A stretch of 64,000 nucleotides of DNA from Eledone cirrhosa. Its lineage: Eukaryota. Position 1 is the stretch's first letter; each line of letters begins with the position of its first letter. Below the pieces are notes generated by a model that did no database searches, was not told the DNA's origin, and worked only from the letters and a program-made list of their open reading frames with translations. Positions 10,701-25,300 of this stretch are shown one piece after another. The DNA is taken from NCBI GenBank assembly GCA_964016885.1, contig OZ024744.1, positions 12,028,001 through 12,092,000 of the forward strand, read 5' to 3'. The position numbers and the translations under genes are program-made.

Positions 10701-13386
10701 GTACTGATGGCCCCTCTATAGGGTCTACTTGGGGTAGGGTCTCTTCTTCCCATGCATTCTCCTCATTTAGTAATCTATCATAATGACTCTTCCATGCATC
10801 TTTCTTCTCAGCACTTGTGAGGGCAAACTCACCTTTATCATTCCGGATACACTTCTCTCCAGTGACATCACAATTCTCTCTGACACACTGCCTCGCAATC
10901 TTGAACACCTCCTGTTTCTGGTACTCACGTTGCAAAACATGCTTGAATTTTCTATCCTCTGCTTTCCTCCTAGCTAAGTATACTTGTTGCCTAGCTTCCC
11001 TCTTGGTCTCTATGTAATGTACCATGCTTCCCCCGTTCTTCCATTCTTTCCATGCCTGTCTCTTGGCCTTAACTGCCTCATCTACTTTATTGTTCCACCA
11101 CCAAGTCACTCTCCTCCTGCTTGTGGTCTTACTCCAGCTACAGATCTCATCCGTCACCTCTAGTAAGTTTTTTTTAGGAACTCCCAGTGCTCTTCTACAT
11201 TGAATGTCTCTATCTATGTCATTAATATATGCCACAAACAAAAAGGGGCCAAGAACAGATCCCTGTGGTACACCAGATGACATCTCATATGGTGAGGAAT
11301 GCTGTCCCAGAACCGTGACTACCTCTCTTCGATTGAGAATGAAAGACTTCAACCAGTTAAAAAGACCATCCTTCACACCCATTGCAGAGAGTTTTGCTGT
11401 AAGCCTTTGGTGTGGCACAGAATTGAAGGCTTTAGCAAAGTCAAGGTAAACAACATCCACCCATGAGCCGCCATCAGTGATCCGGGTGATGTCCTCAAGA
11501 AACTCTATAAGTTGATCACAGCAGCTGCAGTTGGGGATAAATCCAAATTGCGAGGGCCGGATAAGACTGTGAGAGCTCCAGAAGTTCCAAAGTGTTTCTC
11601 TGACACAGGATTCCATCAGTTTGGCAATGCAACTAGTAAGACTGACTGGACGATAGTTCACAGGTGATGTGCGGTCACTCTTTTTGAACAGAGGAATGAC
11701 ACTGGCAGTTTTCCACTGTTCTGGAGTAGCACTGTTGTTCAGACAGAATTGGAAGAAGCGTGATAACTGGTGCAGAAGGAAGTACCCACCACATTTAAGA
11801 AGCAGGTACATAACACCATCAAGACCAGGAGAGGCATGGTTGCATTTATTTTTTAGGTGACATCGCAGCATTGCAGGTGTAAATTCCATGGTTGTAATAG
11901 AGTCCGGTGTCATAGGTGGTGGAGATGGTACACTCTGGTCTTCAATAGTGAAAATGCCTGCACAGCATTCAGCAATGAGCTCTGCGCATTCCTTGGGGTC
12001 GTCAGTAACCTGGCTTGTGTGGGGATTGCGAAGAGGACCAACTGGAGAGTGAGGCCTCTGCTTTGAGTGAACATACTTCCAGAAAACTTTACTGTCAGGG
12101 CTAGTTGCTATGCGCTGCTCAAATTGAAGCACTGCCTTTTTTGTCACCTGTTTGAGGTGGTTGGACGATTTATTTTGCCTCTTCCTATTGATGTCTGATT
12201 TGTGAAGTTTGTACTCACGTTCAGCATTGCGCCGTTCTTTTCTGGCAAGACGGACTGCTGCAGTCTCCCAAATTGCACTTTTGGGATGTTTTTTCTGCTT
12301 ACGTGGCACTGATGCTGCACATGCTGTCCATATTGAGCTCAGGATGTTCTGGAGTACAGTGTTGACATCTCCAGAGTCGTAGAACTCAAACAAGTTTGGC
12401 CGTTGCAACTCGGTGCAGTAACAGTTCCAGTCTGCTTTATTCCAGTCAAAGTGAGCAGTTTGGAGATGGTTGTGGTTCTTGTTATTGTCCATGAGGGATA
12501 GATTGACAATGATCATAGCATGATCAGAGTCACCTAAAGGTTCCTCAGCAGTAACACAAATGACCGTTTCAGGAGTAGTGGTGAAGAGTAGGTCCAAAGT
12601 GTTGTCACCTCTTGTCGGGGAGGTGACCACTTGGGACCAACTCAAGTCCAGCACTAGCTCAAGGAAGTCATTTGCACTTGGTGGCCAATGAAAGGTTTCC
12701 TAATCAATCTCAGGGTGATTGAAGTCTCCTGCAATGAAAACATAAGTGGCTGTCTTCCTGGCAGCAGCTCTGAGGATATCACAAAGTTGAGTGTCCTGAT
12801 GGTAATTTGGTGGACGGTAAACGACTCCAAGTAGCAGTGTTGACATGGTCATACGTATATCGCAGAAAAAAAGTTCCTGCTGTGATTGGTTCAAATCAAC
12901 ACAAGGAATTGCCGACAGATTTGACCGAACGTAGACCATTACACCACCACCACCGCGATTAATGCGGTCTTTACGAAACAGGTTGTAGCCAATCATGCTG
13001 AAAACCCCATCACAGAGTAAGGGATGTGCCCAAGTTTCCATGACTGTAATGAAGTCAGGGTTGATACTTTTGACGTAGGAGTCAAAAAGATGAATCTTAT
13101 TGCATAGACTACGTGCATTCAAGGACAACAATTTGTTCCTTGATTCCAGTCTATGATTATGTGCAGGGGATGGCAGGTTGTTCTGATTTAGTTTCCCAGA
13201 GTTTTTTCAGTTTCTTTATTGTCAGTTGTTGAGGGTACAGTGTTTTCAGACCAGCTGGTGTCTCTTTTCCATGTTTCGCCAGCTTTAACAAACTTCCATA
13301 TCTGCCCATCATCTGAAGATTTCATGTTCGGCCGAGTGGCGGTTTAAGGAAGCTGCAGCACGCAACTTTGGGCGGACATCAGGCGA
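7763..13386 (-). mobile_element. CR1-clade LINE, 5'-truncated in ORF1 and interrupted by an RTE insertion
   Basis: Endonuclease (SLNARSL, ETW, GGGVM, YRPP, AGDFN, SDH) and RT (NYRPVSLTS, YLDFAKAF, GVPQGSVLGP, then ANLKNATALKYADD after the insertion). CR1-type C-terminus (VRPHLEFASPVWNP, HFFTLRVAEAWNKLP). (ATT)n tail at 7763-7779. Carries a stop at 12700-12702 and frameshifts in the 3' part. Confidence 0.92.
8760..11211 (-). mobile_element. 5'-truncated, decayed RTE LINE nested in CR1 RT
   Basis: Colinear with the RTE at ~3015-5586 (VTWWWN, FVDLEKAFD, GVHQGSVLSP, YADD, PHD finger, WYGHV). (GAT)n tail at 8760-8772. Flanked by direct repeat ATCTAT at 8754-8759 and 11212-11217. Confidence 0.93.
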
Positions 13387-16300
13387 ACAACAAGGCAGTG
13401 CTAGACATCACCATCATGCTACAACAAGGCAGTGCTAGACATCATCATCATGCTACAACAAGGCAGTGCTAGACATCACCATCATGCTACAACAAGGCAG
13501 TGCTAGACATCACCATCATGCTACAACAAGGCAGTGCTAGACATCATCATCATCATCATGCTACAACAAGACAGTGTTAGACATCATCACCATGCTACAA
13601 CAAGGCAGTGCTAGACATCATCATCACCATCATGCTACAACAAGGCAGTGCTAGACATCATCGCCATCATGCTACAACAAGGCAGTGCTAGACATCATCA
13701 TCATCATCATGCTACAACAAGGCAGTGCTAGACATCACCATCATGCTACAACAAGGCAGTGCTACACATCATCATCATCATCATGCTACAACAAGGCAGT
13801 GTTAGACATCATCATCATCATCATGCTACAACAAGGCAGTGCTAGACATCACCATCATGCTACAACAAGGCAGTGCTAGACATCATCATCATGCTTCAAC
13901 AAGGCAGTGCTAGACATCATCATCATCATCATGCTACAACAAGGCAGTGCTAGACATCATCATCATGTTCATGCTACAACAAGGCAGTGCTAGACATCAC
14001 CATCATGCTACAACAAGGCAGTGCTAGACATCATCATCATGCTACAACAAGGCAGTGCTAGACATCATCACCATCATGCTACAACAAGGCAGTGCTAAAC
14101 ATCATCATCATGCTACAACAAGGCAGTGCTAGACATCATCATCACCATCATGCTACAACAAGGCAGTGCTAGACATCATCATCATGCTACAACAAGGCAG
14201 GGCTAGACATCATCATCATCATCATGCTACAACAAGGCAGTGCTAGACATCATCATCATCATCATGCTACAACAAAGCAGTGCTAGACATCATCATCACC
14301 ATCATGCTACAACATGGCAGTGCTAGACATCACCATCATGCTACAACAAGGCAGTGCTAGACATCATCATCATGCTACAACATGGCAGTGCTAGACATCA
14401 TCACCATCATGCTACAACAAGGCAGTGCTAGACATCATCACCATCATGGTACAACAAGGCAGTGCTAAACATCATCACCAACATTCTACAACAAGGCAGT
14501 GCTAGACATCATCATCACCATCATGCTACAACAAGGCAGTGCTAGACATCACCATCATGCTACAACAAGGCAGTGCCAGACATCATCACCATCATGCTAC
14601 AACATGGCAGTGCTAGACATCACATCATGCTACAACATGGCAGTGCTAGACATCATCATCATCATGCTACAACAAGGCAGTGCTAGACATCACATCATGC
14701 TACAACATGGCAGTGCTAGACATCATCATCATCATGCTACAACAATGCAGTGCTAGACATCATCATCACCATGCTACAACAAGGCAGTGCTAGACATCAT
14801 TACCATCATGCTACAACAAGGCAGTGCTAGACATCATCACCATCATGCTACAACATGGCAGTGCTAGACATCATCATCATCATGCTACAACAAGGCAGTG
14901 CTAGACATCACATCATGCTACAACATGGCAATGCTAGACATCATCATCATCATGCTACAACAATGCAGTGCTAGACATCATCATCACCATGCTACAACAA
15001 GGCAGTTCTAGACATCATTACCATCATGCTACAACAAGGCAGTGCTAGACATCACATCATGCTACAACATGGCAGTGCTAGACATCATCATCATCATGCT
15101 ACAACAATGCAGTGCTAGACATCATCATCACCATGCTACAACAAGCCAGTGCTAGACATCATCATCATGCTACAACAAGGCAGTGCTAGACATCATCATC
15201 ATGCTACAACAAGGCAGTGCTAAACATCATCACCACCATGCTACAACATGGCAGTGCTAGACATCATCACCATCATGCTACAACAACGTAGTGCTAGACA
15301 TCGTCACCATCATGCTACAACAAGGCAGTGCTAGACATCATCATCACCATGCTACAACAAGGCAGTGCTAGACATCATCATCATCATGCAACAACAAGGC
15401 AGTGCTAGACATCACCATCATGCTACAATAGGCAGTGCTAGACATCACATCATGCTACAACATGGCAGTGCTAGACATCATCATCATCATGCTACAACAA
15501 GGCAGTGCTAAACATCATCATCACCATCATGCTACAACAAGGCAGTGCTAAACATCATCATCACCATCATGCTACAACAAGGCAGTGCTAAACATCATCA
15601 TCACCATCATGCTACAACAAGGCAGTGCTAGACATCATCATCACCATCATGCTACAACAAGGCAGTGCTAAACATCATCATCATCATCATGCTACAACAA
15701 GGCAGTGCTAAACATCATCATCACCATCATGCTACAACAAGGCAGTGCTAGACATCATCATCACTATCATGCTACAACAAGGCAGTGCTAGACATCATCA
15801 TCATGCTATAACAAGGCAGTGCTAGACATCATCATCATCATGCTACAACAAGGCAGTGCTAAACATCATCATCACCATCATGCTACAACAAGGCAGTGCT
15901 AGACATCATCACCATCATGCTACAACAAGGTAGTGCTAGACATCAACATCATCATCATGCTACAACAAGGCAGTGCTAGACATCATCATCATGCTACAAC
16001 AAGGCAGTGCTAGACATCATCATCATGCTACAACAAGGCAGTGCTAGACATCATCACCACCATGCTACAACATGGCAGTGCTAGACATCATCACCATCAT
16101 GCTACAACAACGTAGTGCTAGACATCATTACCATCATGCTACAACAAGGCAGTGCTAGACATCATCATCACCATGCTACAACAAGGCAGTGCTAGACATC
16201 ATCATCATCATGCTACAACAAGGCAGTGCTAGACATCACCATCTTGCTACAACATGGCAGTGCTAGACATCATCATCATGCTACTGCAAGGCAGTGCTAA

Positions 16301-19300
16301 ACATCATCATCACCATCATGTTACAACAAGGCAGTGCTAGACATCATCATCACCATCATGCTACAACAAGGCAGTGCTAGACATCACCATCTTGCTACAA
16401 CAAGGCATTGCTAAACATCATCACCATCATGCTACAACAAGGCAGTGCTAAACATCATCATCACCATCATGTTACAACAAGGCAGTGCTAGACATCATCA
16501 TCACCATCATGCTACAACAAGGCAGTGCTAGACATCATCACCATCATGCTACACCATGGCAGTGCTAGACATCATCATCATCATGATACAACAAGGCAGT
16601 TCTAGACATCACATCATGCTACAACATGGCAGTGATAGACATCATCATCATCATCATGCTACAACAAGGCAGTTCTAGACATCACCATCATGCTACAAGG
16701 CAGTGCTAGACATCATCACCATCATGCTACAACAAGGCAGTGCTAGACATCATCATCACCATCATGCTACAACATGGTAGTGCTAGACATCAACATCATG
16801 CTACAACAAGGCAATGCTAGACATCATAACCACCATGCTACAACAAGGCAGTGCTAGACATCATCATCATCATGCTACAACAAGGCAGTGCTAAACATCA
16901 TCATCACCATCATGTTACAACAAGGCAGTGCTAGACATCATCATCACCATCATGCTATAACAAGGCAGTGCTAGACATCATCACCATCATGCTACAACAA
17001 GGCAGTGCTAGACATCATCACCATCATGCTACAACATGGCAGTGCTAGACATCATCATCATCATGATACAACAAGGCATTTCTAGACATCACATCATGCT
17101 ACAACATGGCAGTGATAGACATCATCATCATCATCATGCTACAACAAGGCAGTTCTAGACATCACCATCATGCTACAACAAGGCAGTGCTAGACATCATC
17201 ACCATCATGCTACAACAAGGCAGCGCTAGACATCATCATCACCATCATGCTACAACATGGTAGTGCTAGACATCAACATCATGCTACAACAAGGCAATGC
17301 TAGACATCATAACCACCATGCTACAACAAGGCAGTGCTAGACATCATCATCATCATCATGCTACAACAAGGCAGTGCTAGACATCACCATCATGCTATAA
17401 CAAGGCAGTGCTACATATCATCACCATCATGCTAAGACAAGGCAGTGCTAGACATCATCATCATCATGCTACAACAAGGCAGTGCTAGACATCATCATCA
17501 CCATCATGCTACAACATGGCAGTGCTAGACATCATAATCATGCTACAACAAGGCAGTGCTAGACATCATCACCACCATGCTACAACAAGGCAGTGCTAGA
17601 CATCACCATCATGCTACAACAAGGCAGTGCTAGACATCATCACCATCATGCTACAACAAGGCAGTGCTAGACATCACCATCATGCTATAACAAGGCAGTG
17701 CTAAACATCATCATCACCATCATGCTACAACATGGCAGTGCTAAACATCACCATCACTATCATGCTACAACAAGGCAGTGCTAGACATCATCATCACCAT
17801 CATTCTACAACAAGGCAGTGCTAGACATCATCATCACCATCATGCTACAACAAGGCAGTGCTAGATATCATCATCATCATCATGCTACAACAAGGCAGTG
17901 CTAGACATCATCATCATCATGCTACAACAAGGCAGTGCTAGACATCATCATCACCATCATGCTACAACAAGGCACTGCTAGACATCATCATCACCATCAT
18001 GCTACAACAAGACAGTGTTAGACATCATCATCATGCTACAACAAGGCAATGCTAGACATCATCATCACCATCATGCTACAACAAGGCATTGATAGACATC
18101 ACCATCATGCTACAACAAGGCAGTGCTAGACATCATCATCACCATGCTACAACAAGGCAGTGCTAGACATCATCATCATCATGTTAGAACAAGGCAGTGC
18201 TAGACATCACCATCATGCTACAACATGGCAGTGCTAGACATCACATCATGCTACAACATGGCAGTGCTAGACATCATCATCATCATCATGCTACAACAAG
18301 GCAGTGCTAAACATCATCATCACCATCATGCTACAACAAGGCAGTGCTAAACATCATCATCACCATTATGCTACAACAAGCCAGTGCTAAACATCATCAT
18401 CATCATCAAGCTACAACAAGGCAGTGTTAGACATCATCATCACCATCATGCTGCAACAAGGCAGTGCTAGACATCATCATCATGCTACAACAAGGCAGTG
18501 CTAGACATCATCATCATCATGCTACAACAAGGCATTGCTAAACATCATCACCATCATGCTACAACAAGACAGTGCTAAACATCGTCATCACCATCATGTT
18601 ACAACAAGGCAGTGCTAGACATCATCATCACCATCATGCTATAACAAGGCAGTGCTAGACATCATCACCATCATGCTACAACAAGGCAGTGCTAGACATC
18701 GTCACCATCATGCTACAACATGGCAGTGCTAGACATCATCATCATCATGATACAACAAGGCAGTGCTAGACATCACATCATGCTACAACATGGCAGTGAT
18801 AGACATCATCATCATCATCATGCTACAACAAGGCAGTTCTAGACATCACCATCATGCTACAACAAGGCGGTGCTAGACATCATCACCATCATGCTACAAC
18901 AAGGCAGTGCTAGACATCATCATCATCATCATGCTACAACAAGGTAGTGCTAGACATCAACATCATCATCATGCTACAAGAAGCCAGTGCTAGACATCAT
19001 CATCATGCTACAACAAGGCAGTGCTAGACATCATCATCATGCTACAACAAGGCAGTGCTAGACATCATCACCATCATGCTACAACAAGGCAGTACTAGAC
19101 ATCATCATCACCATCATGCTACAACAAGGCAGTGCTAGACATCATCATCACCATCATGCCACAACATGGTAGTGCTAGACATCAACATCACCATCATGCT
19201 ACAACAAGGCAGTGCTAGACATCATCATCATCATGCTACAACAAGGCAGTGCTAGACATCATCACCATCATGCTAAGACAAGGCAGTGCTAGACATCATC

Positions 19301-22300
19301 ATCATCATGCTACAACAAGGCAGTGCTAGACATCATCATCACCATCATGCTACAACATGGCAGTGCTAGACATCATAATCATGCTACAACAAGGCAGTGC
19401 TAGACATCATCACCACCATGCTACAACAAGGCAGTGCTAGACATCACCATCATGCTACAACAAGGCAGTGCTAGACATCATCACCATCATGCTACAAGGC
19501 AGTGCTAGACATCACCATCATGCTATAACAAGGCAGTGCTAAACATCACCATCACTATCATGCTACAATAAGGCAGTGCTAGACATCATCATCACTATCA
19601 TGCTACAACAAGGCAGTGCTAGACATCATCATCACCATCATTCTACAACAAGGCAGTGCTAGACATCACCATCATGCTACAACAAGGCAGTGCTAGATAT
19701 CATCATCATCATCATGCTACAACAAGGCAGTGCTAGACATCATCATCATCATGATACAACAAGGCAGTGCTAGACATCATCATCACCATCATGCTACAAC
19801 AAGGCAGTGCTAGACATCATCATCACCATCATGTAACAACAAGGCAGTGTTAGACATCATCATCATGCTACAACAAGGCAGTGCTAGACATCATCATCAC
19901 CATCATGCTACAGCAAGGCATTGCTAGACATCACCATCATGCTACAACAAGGCAGTGCTAGACATCATCATCATCATGCTACAACAAGGCAGTGCTAGAC
20001 AACAACATCATCATGCTACAACAAGGCAGTGCTAGTCATCACTATCATGCTACAACAAGGTAGTGCTAGACATCATCACCATCATGCTACAACAAGGCAG
20101 TGCTAGATATCATCACCATCATGCTACAACAAGGCAGTGCTAGACATCATCACCATCATGCTACAACAAGGCAGTGCTAGACATCATCATCATGCTACAA
20201 CATGGCAGTGCTAGACATCACCATCATGCTACAACAAGGCAGTGCGAGACATCATCACCATCATGCTACAACAAAGCAGTGCTAGACATCATCATCACCA
20301 TCATGCTATAACAAGGCAGTGCTAGACATTATCACCATCATGCTACAACAAGGCATTGCTAGACATCACCATCATGCTATAACAAGGCAGTGCTAAACAT
20401 CATCATCACCATCATGCTACAACATGGCAGTGCTAAACATCACCATCACTATCATGCTAAAATAAGGCAGTGTTAGACATCATCATCACTATCATGCTAC
20501 AACAAGGCAGTGCTAGACATCATCATCACCATCATTCTACAACAAGGCAGTGCTAGACATAATCATCACCATCATGCTACAACAAGGCAGTGCTAGATAT
20601 CATCATCATCATCATGCTACAACAAGGCAGTGCTAGACATCATCATCATCATGCTACAACAAGGCAGTGCTAGACATCATCATCACCATCATGCTACAAC
20701 AAGGCAGTGCTAGACATCATCATCACCATCATGCTACAACAAGACAGTGTTAGACATCATCATCATGCTACAACAAGGCAGTGCTAGACATCATCATCAC
20801 CATCATGCTACAACAAAGCATTGCTAGACATCACCATCATGCTACAACAAGGCAGTGCTAGACATCATCATCACCATGCTATAACAAGGCAGTGCTAGAC
20901 ATCATCATCATAATGTTAGAACAAGGCAGAGCTAGACATCACCATCATGCTATAACATGGCAGTGCTAGACATCACATCATGCTACAACATGGCAGTGCT
21001 AGACATCATCATCATCATCATGCTACAACAAGGCAGTGCTCGACATCATCACCATCATGCTACAACATGGCAGTGCTAGACATCATCATCATCATGATAC
21101 AACAAGGCAGTGCTAGACATCACATCATGCTACAACATGGCAGTGATAGACATCATCATCATCATCATGCTACAACAAGGCAGTTCTAGACATCACCATC
21201 ATGCTACAACAAGGCGGTGCTAGACATCATCACCATCATGCTACAACAAGGCAGTGCTAGACATCATCATCATCATCATGCTACAACAAGGTAGTGCTAG
21301 ACATCAACATCATCATCATGCTACAAGAAGCCAGTGCTAGACATCATCATCATGCTACAACAAGGCAGTGCTAGACATCATCATCATGCTACAACAAGGC
21401 AGTGCTAGACATCATCACCATCATGCTACAACAAGGCAGTGCTAGACATCATCATCACCATCATGCTACAACAAGGCAGTGCTAGACATCATCATCACCA
21501 TCATGCCACAACATGGTAGTGCTAGACATCAACATCACCATCATGCTACAACAAGGCAGTGCTAGACATCATCATCATCATGCTACAACAAGGCAGTGCT
21601 AGACATCATCACCATCATGCTAAGACAAGGCAGTGCTAGACATCATCATCATCATGCTACAACAAGGCAGTGCTAGACATCATCATCACCATCATGCTAC
21701 AACATGGCAGTGCTAGACATCATAATCATGCTACAAGAAGGCAGTGTTAGACATCATCACCACCATGCTACAACAAGGCAGTGCTAGACATCACCATCAT
21801 GCTACAACAAGGCAGTGCTAGACATCATCACCATGCTATAACAAGGCAGTGCTAAACATCACCATCACTATCATGCTACAATAAGGCAGTGCTAGACATC
21901 ATCATCACTATCATGCTACAACAAGGCAGTGCTAGACATCATCATCACCCTCATTCTACAACAAGGCAGTGCTAGACATCACCATCATGCTACAACAAGG
22001 CAGTGCTAGATATCATCATCATCATCATGCTACAACAAGGCAGTGCTAGACATCATCATCATCATGATACAACAAGGCAGTGCTAGACATCATCATCACC
22101 ATCATGCTACAACAAGGCAGTGCTAGACATCATCATCACCATCATGTAACAACAAGGCAGTGTTAGACATCATCATCATGCTACAACAAGGCAGTGCTAG
22201 ACATCATCATCACCATCATGCTACAACAAGGCATTGCTAGACATCACCATCATGCTACAACAAGGCAGTGCTAGACATCATCATCATCATGCTACAACAA

Positions 22301-25300
22301 GGCAGTGCTAGACAACAACATCATCATGCTACAACAAGGCAGTGCTAGTCATCACTATCATGCTACAACAAGGTAGTGCTAGACATCATCACCATCATGC
22401 TACAACAAGGCAGTGCTAGATATCATCACCATCATGCTACAACAAGGCAGTGCTAGACATCATCACCATCATGCTACAACAAGGCAGTGCTAGACATCAT
22501 CATCATGCTACAACATGGCAGTGCTAGACATCACCATCATGCTACAACAAAGCAGTGCTAGACATCATCAACACCATCATGCTATAACAAGGCAGTGCTA
22601 AACATCATCATCACCATCATGCTACAACATGGCAGTGCTAAACATCACCATCACTATCATGCTACAACAAGGCAGTGCTAGACATCATCATCACCATCAT
22701 TCTACAACAAGGCAGTGCTAGACATCATCATCACCATCATGCTACAACAAGGCAGTGCTAGATATCATCATCATCATCATGCTACAACAAGGCAGTGCTA
22801 GACATCATCATCATCATGCTACAACAAGGCAGTGTTAGACATCATCATCACCATCATGCTACAACAAGGCACTGCTAGACATCATCATCACCATCATGCT
22901 ACAACAAGACAGTGTTAGACATCATCATCATGCTACAACAAGGCAATGCTAGACATCATCATCACCATCATGCTACAACAAGGCATTGATAGACATCACC
23001 ATCATGCTACAACAAGGCAGTGCTAGACATCATCATCACCATGCTACAACAAGGCAGTGCTAGACATCATCATCATCATGTTAGAACAAGGCAGTGCTAG
23101 ACATCACCATCATGCTACAACATGGCAGTGCTAGACATCACATCATGCTACAACATGGCAGTGCTAGACATCATCATCATCATCATGTTACAACAAGGCA
23201 GTGCTAAACATCATCATCACCATCATGCTACAACAAGGCAGTGCTAAACATCATCATCACCATTATGCTACAACAAGCCAGTGCTAAACATCATCATCAT
23301 CATCAAGCTAAAACAAGGCAGTGTTAGACATCATCATCACCATCATGCTGCAACAAGGCAGTGCTAGACATCATCATCATGCTACAACAAGGCAGTGCTA
23401 GACATCATCATCATCATGCTACAACAAGGCATTGCTAAACATCATCACCATCATGCTACAACAAGACAGTGCTAAACATCGTCATCACCATCATGTTACA
23501 ACAAGGCAGTGCTAGACATCATCATCACCATCATGCTATAACAAGGCTGTGCTAGACATCATCACCATCATGCTACAACAAGGCAGTGCTAGACATCGTC
23601 ACCATCATGCTACAACATGGCAGTGCTAGACATCATCATCATCATGATACAACAAGGCAGTGCTAGACATCACATCATGCTACAACATGGCAGTGATAGA
23701 CATCATCATCATCATCATGCTACAACAAGGCAGTTCTAGACATCACCATCATGCTACAACAAGGCGGTGCTAGACATCATCACCATCATGCTACAACAAG
23801 GCAGTGCTAGACATCATCATCATCATCATGCTACAACAAGGTAGTGCTAGACATCAACATCATCATCATGCTACAAGAAGCCAGTGCTAGACATCATCAT
23901 CATGCTACAACAAGGCAGTGCTAGACATCATCATCATGCTACAACAAGGCAGTGCTAGACATCATCACCATCATGCTACAACAAGGCAGTACTAGACATC
24001 ATCATCACCATCATGCTACAACAAGGCAGTGCTAGACATCATCATCACCATCATGCCACAACATGGTAGTGCTAGACATCAACATCACCATCATGCTACA
24101 ACAAGGCAGTGCTAGACATCATCATCATCATGCTACAACAAGGCAGTGCTAGACATCATCACCATCATGCTAAGACAAGGCAGTGCTAGACATCATCATC
24201 ATCATGCTACAACAAGGCAGTGCTAGACATCATCATCACCATCATGCTACAACATGGCAGTGCTAGACATCATAATCATGCTACAACAAGGCAGTGCTAG
24301 ACATCATCACCACCATGCTACAACAAGGCAGTGCTAGACATCACCATCATGCTACAACAAGGCAGTGCTAGACATCATCACCATCATGCTACAAGGCAGT
24401 GCTAGACATCACCATCATGCTATAACAAGGCAGTGCTAAACATCACCATCACTATCATGCTACAATAAGGCAGTGCTAGACATCATCATCACTATCATGC
24501 TACAACAAGGCAGTGCTAGACATCATCATCACCATCATTCTACAACAAGGCAGTGCTAGACATCACCATCATGCTACAACAAGGCAGTGCTAGATATCAT
24601 CATCATCATCATGCTACAACAAGGCAGTGCTAGACATCATCATCATCATGATACAACAAGGCAGTGCTAGACATCATCATCACCATCATGCTACAACAAG
24701 GCAGTGCTAGACATCATCATCACCATCATGTAACAACAAGGCAGTGTTAGACATCATCATCATGCTACAACAAGGCAGTGCTAGACATCATCATCACCAT
24801 CATGCTACAGCAAGGCATTGCTAGACATCACCATCATGCTACAACAAGGCAGTGCTAGACATCATCATCATCATGCTACAACAAGGCAGTGCTAGACAAC
24901 AACATCATCATGCTACAACAAGGCAGTGCTAGTCATCACTATCATGCTACAACAAGGTAGTGCTAGACATCATCACCATCATGCTACAACAAGGCAGTGC
25001 TAGATATCATCACCATCATGCTACAACAAGGCAGTGCTAGACATCATCACCATCATGCTACAACAAGGCAGTGCTAGACATCATCATCATGCTACAACAT
25101 GGCAGTGCTAGACATCACCATCATGCTACAACAAGGCAGTGCGAGACATCATCACCATCATGCTACAACAAAGCAGTGCTAGACATCATCATCACCATCA
25201 TGCTATAACAAGGCAGTGCTAGACATTATCACCATCATGCTACAACAAGGCATTGCTAGACATCACCATCATGCTATAACAAGGCAGTGCTAAACATCAT

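Noticed and set aside
15925-15935. AG|GTAGT variants in satellite A as recursive splice sites
   Set aside because: No polypyrimidine tract or branch context upstream. They are explained by C>T changes in the monomer.
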